DNA from: Diplonema japonicum
Lineage: Eukaryota > Protista > Euglenozoa: Diplonemea
DNA length: 64,000 nt
Direction of reading: 5' to 3'
Assembly: GCA_964019335.1 (NCBI GenBank)
Contig: OZ025681.1
Span: 496,001 to 560,000 of the forward strand
Part shown: positions 44,101 to 53,737 of the stretch, in pieces
How the letters are laid out: every line of letters begins with the position of its first letter
Numbering within the stretch: position 1 is the first letter of the stretch
The notes under the pieces: model-generated
The model's database searches: none
What the model saw: the letters and a program-made list of their open reading frames with translations, nothing else
Told to the model about the DNA's origin: nothing
Program-made: the position numbers and the translations under genes

Positions 44101-45327
44101 CCGCACAATAGCGGCTGCACTCTGCCGGATTTTCTCAAGTGTTAGGTACTTTTTAGAGACTGCCCCAAATGCTGTCATCGTAGACGGAGCCGCCGTCCTC
44201 CGCATGCTGGGGGTATTAATCACGCCTCTGCCAGAGTAGATCGAATTCTCCAGCTGCGCCGTTCCACTCAAAAGGTGTTTCTCGCAAGCAGAAGAAAGCT
44301 CTAAGAAAGCTGCATCCAGGTCCCCGTTGTCTTTCAGGGATCTCAAAGTAGGGAGAATGTCGCTGTACGGAGCGCGGTTCCGGGAGTCATGGAGAGGGAT
44401 GATCTTCTTGGGTATACTGTACTGGAGTGAGGGCTCGTAGAATCTCGGCATATCGATTCTAATTACTAGTGCGCGGTGTGAGGGTACGCCAATGTCCAGA
44501 GTCTGGCAGTCGGTCAGCGCCATCGCAGCTGTCTTGTTCACCAAGATGTAGTCTGGCCTCGTCTTCGCTGTTGCAGTTACGAAGGTAGGAGGGGCTTGTG
44601 TTCCATGTAGGCGCGATATTTTGTTCGAAGCGTCTGTCCAATGTTGAGAGAGGGCGTGCGAGAGGACCGGGGAGTCCATTATCGTCGTGTTGAAGTCTCC
44701 TGTCACAATGACCGGAACGTCCCCCAGCTGAGCCGATCTCTGTAGGGTGTCGGATATTAGCGCCTCCCTATTTCTCTTGGCGTGTCTGGAGCCGTCGCTT
44801 ACCTGGCAGTAGAGGGTGATAATGTGTAACCAGTCACGTTTCCCAATCGCGACTCTTACATGTACCCTTCGCGAGTTGGTGTTGTGGTCCTCGAAAAGGG
44901 AGGATTCCTTCTTAGCTGTCAGTTGCTTGTTCACCATAATTCCCACGCCTCCTCTTTGGGCGATTGAGGGGGATTCTGCACCTTTTGACACCTTCCCTTG
45001 TTGTGGGGGTCCCCAAAAGAGACGGTGTTCTTTTAGGAAAACGTCTTGCTTCGCTTCCTTGTCCATCATCCATTGCCCCGCTTGCGTAAGGGCGGTCTCT
45101 TGCAGGCAAATCACGTCAAACTCCTGTAGTTTGACCCTGTTCAGCTGATTTGGGAGGTTCGTCACGTTCACAGAGATAATAGTGATTTCCTTCTTCCCCT
45201 TCTCGGGCCCCGGATTGGGGTGGACGTCACCGTGTGTCATGAGCCGTTTCCTCGCTTCTCGCGCAATGGACCGCTTCGACCTTTTCATAATGAGGAAATG
45301 TGCCCGCGGGAGGTGGATTATTGCCAA
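41117..45327 (-). CDS. LINE ORF2: 2A-like peptide, AP endonuclease, reverse transcriptase, CCHC finger; one frameshift near 42685
   Basis: DVICLQET, GDFN, PDYIL, SH (APE); QGCPISP and YADD (RT); CLGC...HTIWQC; the alternative frame RVHKALAEIERL... runs into the 41117-42538 ORF. Confidence 0.9.
45205..45231 (-). other. 2A-like StopGo motif GDVHPNPGP
   Basis: RKRLMTHGDVHPNPGP immediately precedes the APE domain. Confidence 0.75.
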
Positions 45328-45495
45328 CGAGTAGATCAGATGATTGTTTTCGGTCGGGGAGCCGAACCAGTCGCAGGAGAGAGGGGCAAAGGGGCGTGGT
45401 GTGGCCGAAAAGGTTAGGAGGTCAATGATTGATAGACTAATAATGATGATGATGGGGAGGGATAGAATTTCCCCGAGATGCCTCAGACCCTCCTG

Positions 45496-47117
45496 TCAGA
45501 TCTTTTGATTCTTGGGGCTCGGCGACGTCTGTGCGTGGGTCTCCGATTCACCCCTCTTCCGTGAGCTCTCGGCCCTGGCAGCCTCCGCCTGTGCTTTCTC
45601 CTGCGCCGCCCTTGAACTGGGGAATTCTGCCTCCGACAGCTTCACCCTATGCTGTTTCCCCCGGAAGCTCCTCTCGTTCTTGTTTGGTGCATCTTCCCGT
45701 GTCCAGTCCCTAATCGTCAGGGAATGAAGTTTTTCCCCCCTCGCAATAAGCCTGGCGGTGGGAGGGGTGGTGGCCCGAACGAGCCATCTCGAACCTTCTA
45801 GTCTGTCCAAGTGGCTAATGGACCATCCACATCCTGCGAGGTCGTTCATCAAGTCACACGGGTGTTCCCAGCTGAGGCACCCTTCCAGGATATATTTGTC
45901 CCCAGCCTTCCGCGCCGGGAGAAGTATGGGGTTGACCCTTGCCAGTACCTCGCTGCGGACTGCTCCTCTCGGTAGCATTAGGGCCAGTCCGATCGGCGTT
46001 ACCGTGAGTGAGGTGCCTATTGATGCTGTGGGGACATCGGCCGCCTTGATCCCCTTCTTCAACTGGATGACCTCCAGTCTGTCTGCAGCGAACGCGTGTG
46101 TCCAGAATACACATTGGTCTCCGATGCGACCAGCAGTCTAATCGCGTGCTCAGGGTCCACCCGTACCAGGGCAGAGGCGGTGTTGTTCTCGGTCGAGCGG
46201 TTGATCCTGAAGACGTTTTGCGGGGTTACCTTGAAGGGACCCTCCTTGTCTCGCGCCGCTAGAAGTGCCATTCTTTTAATGGCATTGCCGTCCGCTGTTC
46301 GCTTCCACTGTGCAGCTGAGCAATGGTCCTTTGCAATCACTGCCTTGAGGATAACGGTCCCTTTGCTGTCCTTGGGAGGGGCGTCCATGGCTTGCGGTAG
46401 TACTTCGTCCCCCAGGACCCAGGTTTTCATAATGCCCCTCGAGGTTGGGGAGTCGGACTCGGTTCCACCAGAGAATGGTTGGGTGCTGATGATTTTGAAA
46501 GTCAGGCCGAGGGCCTTGAGGCGTGCGGAGAGTTGGACAGGGTCTGCGGGATTAAAATATATTCCTGTCGTGAGTTTGTCCGGGAGCGCGTTGTGTATCT
46601 GCATATCTCCCCAGTGCTGCTGGATCAGGGCTAAGGGGGGTTTGGCGGGGCCCGGTCTGCTCATCCAGTTGGTGGCGGCTCCAAGGTAGGACTTGGTGTT
46701 ACCTCTTGAAGCCTTCCTTGGCGGGGTCCTCTTCTCGTTCGTCTTGGCGGTGGGTTGCTGCTGCTGACTATTCTTGCCTTGCTGCTTGTGCGGTTGTCCT
46801 TTAGGCTGTTGGTATTGTTGCTGCTGAACCTGTTGCTGTTGTTGTTGGAATTGTTTCTGGGGCTGATGAACTTGTTGGAGCTGCTTGAGTGGCGGCTGTT
46901 GCGTGTACGATTGTTGGGGTTGTGGTGAGGAATTTTGGAATTGCTGTTGTTGAACTTGGGCCTGTAGCGGAGTGGGCTGCTGGGGTGAGGACTTCTGTGC
47001 CATCTCGACCAGCTGCAGGATGCAGCCTAGGGTGGTCAGGACGAGGCTTCTGTTCTCCTCGGATAGTTCGCCTGCGAGCAGGCTCTGGGCTCTCTGGACC
47101 AGTTGATGGGGGTCCAT
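45496..47117 (-). CDS. LINE ORF1 (Q-rich N-terminus); one frameshift near 46130
   Basis: ORFs 46059-47117 and 45496-46062 overlap in different frames directly upstream of ORF2. Confidence 0.75.
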
Positions 47118-47369
47118 GTTAAGAGCGTGATGGGGGGAAGTGGAGTACGGAAAGGGGGTTGTGGGATGACGGAGTCGGTCGCTTTCTTACACTTACACTG
47201 TCACTGTCACTATTACTATCACTGTCACTGTTACCGTATTTATACTGTTCTTTTCTTCCTGCTATTGTCGTCACTTCTAAACACTTGCTTGGATATATCC
47301 GGTTGTGGTCTGGTCAATATATTTTTTCTTTTCAAACCGTTCTACCTGGTTCCTTTATTGGCACGGTCG

Positions 47370-47412
47370 ATACCAATAAAGTACAGAAACTGTAGCTTTA
47401 GAATCGTTGCTA
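47370..47412 (-). ncRNA. Spliced-leader exon copy (diplonemid type) followed by GTAT
   Basis: (TAG)CAACGATTCTAAAGCTACAGTTTCTGTACTTTATTG|GTAT; the 3' half is the conserved euglenozoan SL core. Confidence 0.9.
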
Positions 47413-48113
47413 AAAAAGGAAGAGAAAGAAAAAAAGAATACTGGCCTACTGGTGTGGGAGGAGTGGGGAGAGGGGATCTAGCGATAAAAAAGAGGTAAGG
47501 GCCCTGCCCCCCACCGGTATTCCAGTGGCCGAAGATTCATATCGATGAATTTAATCGCAAGTGAAAAGGTTGGCAACAAGTTTAACTACATCTTTAAAAA
47601 AAAAGGGGGTGACATCAACTAACAGAAGATGGTGCAAAAAAGGTGCGCATTTCTAGTCATTGTATCCCACTTTCTTTTTTTCTTTTCGTTTTTTTTTTCT
47701 TCTTCATTTTCGCAAAAAAGCATAAAAGAAATTATAAAAAAAAAAAAAAAAACAGGGAGTGGGCACTAAAGGTACTAAAAAGGAAGAGGGGGAGGGGGAA
47801 AAAAAAAGAAGGAAGTTTACCAAAGATTTGATTCAGAAGAAAAAGAACAAGAACACATTGACTTATTTGTTTCTCTTTTTATTTTATTTTTTTTATTACA
47901 GTTGGTCAAACCCGTTTGTGCGCACAAACAAAGAATAACCCTTGGCCTGTTCTTTTTAATAAAAAAAAAAACCCGGCAAAAAAAGAAGAAAAAAGAGAGA
48001 AAACGAAGGGGTTTTTCTCGTTTTTTTTTCCCCTAAAATCTTTTTTATTTCCTCGCATATGTTTTTTATGGCAGTCACACAGAGAAGAGAAGAAAAAAAA
48101 AAGAGAAAAAAAA

Positions 48114-48239
48114 GAGTCGGTTGATGGTTGTTTGTGCACAGCCGGGGTTAACCTGTAGAAGGATAAGCCCAACAATGCCACCACTACTCTTTTTAGCAAT
48201 AACAATTCATTATCAATATATTGTTTTTCTTGTTCTTGC
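48114..48239 (-). repeat. Short interspersed repeat family C, copy 2
   Basis: Near-identical to 26624-26749. Confidence 0.8.
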
Positions 48240-48579
48240 AAAAAAAAAAAAAAAAGAGACATTTAAGGGTACCTGCGGTGTGTGGCAGGACGCCTGAAGA
48301 GTCTCAATCTATCTCTTGATCGAAAAAAAAGAGAAAGATAAAAAAAAAAGCGGTGGGGGAAAGAAAGTCACTAACTATGTACTGACTAATCATATGTTAA
48401 TATTTGGGTTTTAAAGAAAGAAAAAAAACTTTAGAAACTATAAAAAATGGTGCACTTTTAACGGGCACATACAGCAGAACAAAGAGGAAGACTGGGGGGG
48501 GGGGGGGGGGGGGAGAGAGAGAGAAAAAGGGAAAAACCAAAACTGACAAAAACGGAACAAGAAATAAGAAATCATCATT

Positions 48580-51500
48580 CTAATTCAAAAATATATCTTC
48601 CTTAGGAGGCGCACTCGGTGTCGGTGCTATGCCCATGTACTCTGGGCAGTTGGGAAGGGGTACTGACTTCCTTCGGGAGGACCTCCTAGAAGTGAGACGA
48701 GAGGGAATCGGCGAAGAGCGCATAGGTGCCGAGGGTAGACAGGCGCTGCTCTTTAAGTCGGGTGTGTAGCCATAGACATCTTCTTGTTCCTCGGAAGCAA
48801 GCTGCCGTTTGACTGCGCTCTCTAGCCCAGCGTGCACCACCAGTGGGTTCGGGACATCTTCTTCGTCTTCCTGGTTCAGATGCTTCACTGTTTTGTTTTT
48901 CTTCCCCTTCCTAGTCTTGCACAGCATCGCTACAAAGAGCCCTGTGCACAGTCCCAGCCCTCCTGCCACGTACCACAGTGACAGCGCTGCACTGCTCCCC
49001 GTGCTGCAGGGCGGCTCGATCTCGCCCTCGAAGTCGTTCTGCAGGATGTCGTGCACATTGGCACACCCCTTCGCCTCCTCCACCTCCGCCACCTCTGGGA
49101 ACACCGCCACCGTCGTGCTCCCGCTGCTGTCGACCGTCTCGTTGCAGCACGCCACCTTCCACCCCTTTTGTTCAAACAAAGCACGCTGCTCGCTGCAGGA
49201 CACCCCCCGCACCTTCACCTGGAAGTTCCCGCAGGTGTTGGCCGGAGACGGCTCAGAAGTGGTGGGCTCGGGTGTCTCAGGGGCGATGGTAGGGGCGATG
49301 GTCTCAGGAACAGGCGCTGAGGTGTCAGGTGCTGGTGTCGCGGGTGCAGGAGTGTCGGGGGCTGGTGTCTTGGGTGCTTGAGTATCAGGTGCCGTCGTGT
49401 CGGGAGCAGAGGTGTCTGGTGGAAAGGTCTTCCCAGCCGGAAGAGGGGTAGGTGCAAGGGTGTCGGGGGCCGATGTCGCAGGTGCTTTCGTGTCAGGGGC
49501 TGGTGTCTTGGGTGCTTGAGTAACAGGTGCTGGTGTGTCAGGAGCAGAGGTGTCTGGTGGAAAGGTCTTCCCAGCTGGAAGAGGGGTAGGTGCAAGGGTG
49601 TCGGGAGCTGGTGTTGATGGTGCTTGCGTGTTAGGTGCTTCTGTACTCGGGGCTTGAGTATCAGGTGCAAGTGTGTCAGGGGCAGAGGTGTCTGGTGGAA
49701 AGGTCTTCCCAGCCGGAAGAGGGGTAGGAGCAAGAGTGTCAGGTGCTGGTGTCGCGGGTGCCGGAGTGTCGGGGGCAGGTGTCTCTGGTGCTTGGGTATC
49801 AGGTGCCGTCGTGTCGGGAGCAGAAGTGTCAGGTGGAAAGGTCTTCCCAGCTGGAAGAGAGGTAGGTGCAAGGGTGTCGGGGGCCGATGTTGATGGTGCT
49901 TGCGTGTCAGGTGCTTCTGTATTCGGGGCTTGAGTATCAGGTGCAAGTGTGTCAGGGGCAGAGGTGTCAGGGGCAGGTGTCTCTGGTGCTTGGGTATCAG
50001 GTGCCGTCGTGTCGGGAGCAGAGGTGTCTGGTGGAAAGGTCTTCCCAGCTGGAAGAGGAGTAGGTTCAAAGGTGTCGGGTGCAGGTGTGTCAGGAGCAGA
50101 TGTGTCAGGTGCATTTGTCGGCTCAGCCGTAGGGGGAGCCGGGGTATCAGGGGCAGCTGTGTCTGGAGCAAGAGTGGGCTCTGCAGTGGGCGGAGCTGGC
50201 GTATCTGGTGATGAAGTTGGCTCTGCCGTGTCAGGGGATGGTGTGTCAGGAGCTGAAGTTGGCTCTGCCGTATCAGGTGCAGGTGTGTCAGGGGCGGGTG
50301 TGTCAGGAGCAGGAGTGTCAGGAGCTGAAGTTGGTTCTGCCGTGTCAGGTGCAGGTGTATCAGGGGATGGTGTGTCAGGTGCAGGTGTGTCAGGAGCGGG
50401 TGTGTCAGGAGCTGAAGTCGGCTCTGCAGTATCAGGGGCAGGTGTGGCAGGGGCAGCTGTGTCAGGAGCAGGTGTGTCAGGGGCCGGCGTGTCGGGTGCA
50501 GGTGTGTCAGGAGCTGAAGTTGGCTCTGCCGTGTCGGGGGCAGGTGTGGCCGGGGCGGGTGTGTCAGGAGCAGGTGTATCAGGAGCAGTTGTGTCAGGAG
50601 CTGAAGTTGGCTCTGCCGTGTCAGGAGCAGGTGTGTCAGGGGCTGGCGTGTCAGGAGCAGTTGTGTCAGGAGCAGGAGTGTCAGGAGCTGAAGTTGGCTC
50701 TGCAGTATCAGGTGCAGTTGTGTCAGGGGCAGGTGTGTCAGGTGCAGGTGTATCAGGTGCTGGTGTGTCAGGAGCTGAAGTTGGCTCTGCCGTGTCAGGT
50801 GCAGGTGTGGCCGGGGCGGGTGTGTCAGGAGCAGGTGTATCAGGTGCTGGTGTGTCAGGAGCTGAAGTTGGTTCTGCCGTGTCAGGGGCAGGTGTGGCCG
50901 GGGCGGGTGTGTCAGGTGCAGGTGTGTCAGGAGCAGTTGTGTCAGGAGCTGAAGTTGGCTCTGCCGTATCAGGTGCCGGCGTGTCAGGTGCAGGTGTGGC
51001 AGGTGCAGGTGTGTCAGGAGCGGGTGTGGCAGGTGCTGAAGTTGGCTCTGCCGTGTCAGGTGCAGGTGTGGCCGGGGCTGGCGTGTCAGGAGCAGGTGTA
51101 TCAGGAGCAGCTGTGTCGGGAGCTGAAGTTGGCTCTGCCGTGTCAGGAGCAGGTGTATCAGGGAATGGTGTGTCAGGGGCGGGTGTATCAGGAGCGGGTG
51201 TGTCAGGAGCTGAAGTTGGCTCTGCAGTATCAGGTGCAGGTGTGGCAGGGGCGGACGTATCAGGAGCAGGTGTATCGGGGGCAGGTGTGGCAGGAGCACT
51301 TGTCGGCTCAGCTGTAGGGGGAGCTGGGGTATCGGGTGCCGGCGTATCAGGGGCAGGTGTGGCAGGAGCAGGCGTGTCGGGGGCAGGTGTGGCAGGAGCA
51401 GGTGTGTCGGGGGCTGGTGTATCAGGTGCAGATGTGTAAGGAGCACTTGTCGGCTCAGCCGTAGGAGGAGCTGGGGTATCGGGTGCCGGCGTATCAGGGG

Positions 51501-52077
51501 CAGGCGTGTCAGGAGCAGGTGTGGCAGGGGCGAGTGTATCAGGTGCAGGTGTGTCAGGTGCAGGTGTATCAGGGGCAGGCGTATCTGGAGCAGGTGTGTC
51601 AGGTGCAGGCGTATCTATCTTGTACCATAACCTGACCCTTTCTGAGCTGCAGCACTTAACCCACTTCCCTTCGGTTGTATAGAACTGTCTCCACTCACCC
51701 GAGGGCACGTCTTGTATCCACAAGTGCTTAATGCGGAGCCCGTCCGTGCTGTCGGAGACAAGCTTGATGCTGTAAATCTCTTCGTAGCTGAAAGGGGAGT
51801 CGAAGACAGCAAAGGTCTTCACCTCACTAGCACTGAGGGGGCCGAGGGTCATCCAGTACCAAGAGGGCTGATTGTATTTGCGGAGGAAAGCCCTGACGTC
51901 ACCATTGGTACCTGCATTCTTCTCAACACTCCAGCTCTCGACTTGTATGCGGAAGTACATAGGAGGAATGGGTGCTGCTGTGTCAGGTGCATTTGTGTCT
52001 GGGGCAGCAGTGTCAGGTGGCACTGTGTAGGCGGGAGTGGCGAGGCACAGGAAGAAGGTAGCGAGAGCGCGTAACAT
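48580..52077 (-). CDS. Mucin-like type I surface protein: signal peptide, PLAT/LH2-like domain, PDTPA repeat stalk, Cys domain, TM, tail; 1165 aa
   Basis: AGTNGDV...DGLRIKHLWIQD...F...KWV (PLAT-like); long Pro/Thr/Ala/Asp repeats; TM LWYVAGGLGLCTGLFVAML. Confidence 0.9.
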   Translation of the reverse strand: MLRALATFFLCLATPAYTVPPDTAAPDTNAPDTAAPIPPMYFRIQVESWSVEKNAGTNGDVRAFLRKYNQPSWYWMTLGPLSASEVKTFAVFDSPFSYEEIYSIKLVSDSTDGLRIKHLWIQDVPSGEWRQFYTTEGKWVKCCSSERVRLWYKIDTPAPDTPAPDTPAPDTPAPDTPAPDTLAPATPAPDTPAPDTPAPDTPAPPTAEPTSAPYTSAPDTPAPDTPAPATPAPDTPAPATPAPDTPAPDTPAPPTAEPTSAPATPAPDTPAPDTSAPATPAPDTAEPTSAPDTPAPDTPAPDTPFPDTPAPDTAEPTSAPDTAAPDTPAPDTPAPATPAPDTAEPTSAPATPAPDTPAPATPAPDTPAPDTAEPTSAPDTTAPDTPAPDTPAPATPAPDTAEPTSAPDTPAPDTPAPDTPAPATPAPDTAEPTSAPDTPAPDTPAPDTPAPDTTAPDTAEPTSAPDTPAPDTTAPDTPAPDTPAPDTAEPTSAPDTTAPDTPAPDTPAPATPAPDTAEPTSAPDTPAPDTPAPDTPAPDTAAPATPAPDTAEPTSAPDTPAPDTPAPDTPSPDTPAPDTAEPTSAPDTPAPDTPAPDTPAPDTAEPTSAPDTPSPDTAEPTSSPDTPAPPTAEPTLAPDTAAPDTPAPPTAEPTNAPDTSAPDTPAPDTFEPTPLPAGKTFPPDTSAPDTTAPDTQAPETPAPDTSAPDTLAPDTQAPNTEAPDTQAPSTSAPDTLAPTSLPAGKTFPPDTSAPDTTAPDTQAPETPAPDTPAPATPAPDTLAPTPLPAGKTFPPDTSAPDTLAPDTQAPSTEAPNTQAPSTPAPDTLAPTPLPAGKTFPPDTSAPDTPAPVTQAPKTPAPDTKAPATSAPDTLAPTPLPAGKTFPPDTSAPDTTAPDTQAPKTPAPDTPAPATPAPDTSAPVPETIAPTIAPETPEPTTSEPSPANTCGNFQVKVRGVSCSEQRALFEQKGWKVACCNETVDSSGSTTVAVFPEVAEVEEAKGCANVHDILQNDFEGEIEPPCSTGSSAALSLWYVAGGLGLCTGLFVAMLCKTRKGKKNKTVKHLNQEDEEDVPNPLVVHAGLESAVKRQLASEEQEDVYGYTPDLKSSACLPSAPMRSSPIPSRLTSRRSSRRKSVPLPNCPEYMGIAPTPSAPPKEDIFLN

Positions 52078-53737
52078 CCCCCCTGCTTCTTAACACTCCC
52101 TCCCCTCCCCACCTTTATCTGGGTTTGTATGAGTTTTGCGTCTGGTCAAAGTTGACCCATCGATCGTCAGTTAAAAGAAGAAGAAGAAGAAAGAAGAAAC
52201 TAAGGGGGGGAGAGGGGGGTTCTTCCTTTTTTGTTCGTCATCTTTCGGTTTCCTGTTTTCTTTCTTTCTTTTTTTTTTTTTTTTCTGGGAGGAAAAAAAA
52301 AAAAAAAAAAAAAGAACAGAAAATAAAGAAGACATGACAAAGGAGAAGGAAAGAAGAGGAAAAAAAAAGAATCGCATACACAAGAATCAACTGAAAAGAG
52401 CAACAAAGAATATGTGAGAAATAATGATCAAAAAAAAAAAAAAAAAAGAAAAGAAAAGAAGAAAAATAGCTAGCAATAGTCTGACTTTTTTTCTGTGATC
52501 GAAAAGGAAAAATCGTTGAACAAAAAAAAAAGCTTTGACTAGATGGAGGAAAAAACTGAAAAAAGAGAACTGAAAACTGAAAAAGAGAAAAGAGAAAGAT
52601 CACGCACAAAGGGCTCCCGAGCACACTGCAAAATCCCTTTTTTTCCCAGCAGATTATAAGTACATTGGACCGCTGATTTTTTTTTTTTTTTTTTTTTTTT
52701 TTGGTAATTGTACGGGCTGAAATATAAGAATTTCGCCTTAGACAATTTTTCAAATATACGGTCATAAATTTATATGCACATACGAAGAAAGAAGAAAAAA
52801 AGAAAAAAGAAAAACTGAAAACTTTTTTTTTTTGAAGAGGGGGAAAAAAGAAGAGTCGGTCTTTAGCAATACATGCATGCTATCACTACTCTTTTTCGCC
52901 CCTACAAGAAGCTAATCAGTACTTGTTAAATACAAATAAAAGGGGGGGGGGGACTGCACAAACAATCATAAACATATGCTAAAGGAGGTTCCGAGACGCT
53001 GCATTCATCTTCTCAACCTCACCATTAACAATAACTGGTATAAAAAAAAAAAACTCATAAAAGAAGACTCAAAGTAGTAAAAAGACAATAAAAAATATCC
53101 CCCCCCCCACGTGAGGTTCTTAAAAACCCTGAAAGAAATTGCAAAAAAAAAAAAAAGATCTTTTTCATCATTAGATAAGCACAGTGTTGTAGGATGCAAA
53201 AATGTAAAATGCATGGCCCTCACCAAAAAATAATTTATTAAATAATTTTATGGAAAAAAAAAAAAGGGAAAAAAAAAACGACTTAGCCCAGATGTGCAAT
53301 GGCCCTGGTACCAAATACTCAGCAAGAGAGAGATGATTCACCAAATTCGATGGTAACCCACGGTATGTGTAAGATAGATGAGTTCACTTTATTCACCGTT
53401 TTTTTCAATTGGTTTTCTTTTTTTTTCTTTTTTTTTTTTTTTTATTTTTTTTTTTTATTTATCCGTTTCACTGTTCCCCTTGTCGCGTTTTGGAAAATTT
53501 TCAGCGGAGTTATTTTTCTTTTTTTTTTTCTTCTACCCGAGAAATAAAAAATAAAAGAAGAAAAAAAAAAGATTTTTTTAACTGCCCTCCGCTGGAGAGA
53601 ACAAAAAAAAAAAAAAAAAAAGAAAAATGGAAATACGACTTAACAAGAGGAGCGAAAAAGTGTTAAATGGGGTACAGAATTTAGCCCTTGTCCCGAGAAC
53701 GTGATTTTATTCCACGACATTGACCCATAGTTTTTTC

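Larger units (their letters stand above)
41064..47411 (-). mobile_element. Full-length APE-RT non-LTR retrotransposon (LINE), ~6.35 kb, SL sequence at 5' end, no poly(A) tail
   Basis: ORF1 plus ORF2 (APE, RT, CCHC); imperfect direct repeats at 41041-41063 and 47412-47437 as a candidate TSD. Confidence 0.9.

Noticed and set aside
42660-46140. Frameshifts in LINE ORF1 and ORF2 as programmed recoding
   Set aside because: No clear slippery heptamer; more likely decay or sequencing indels
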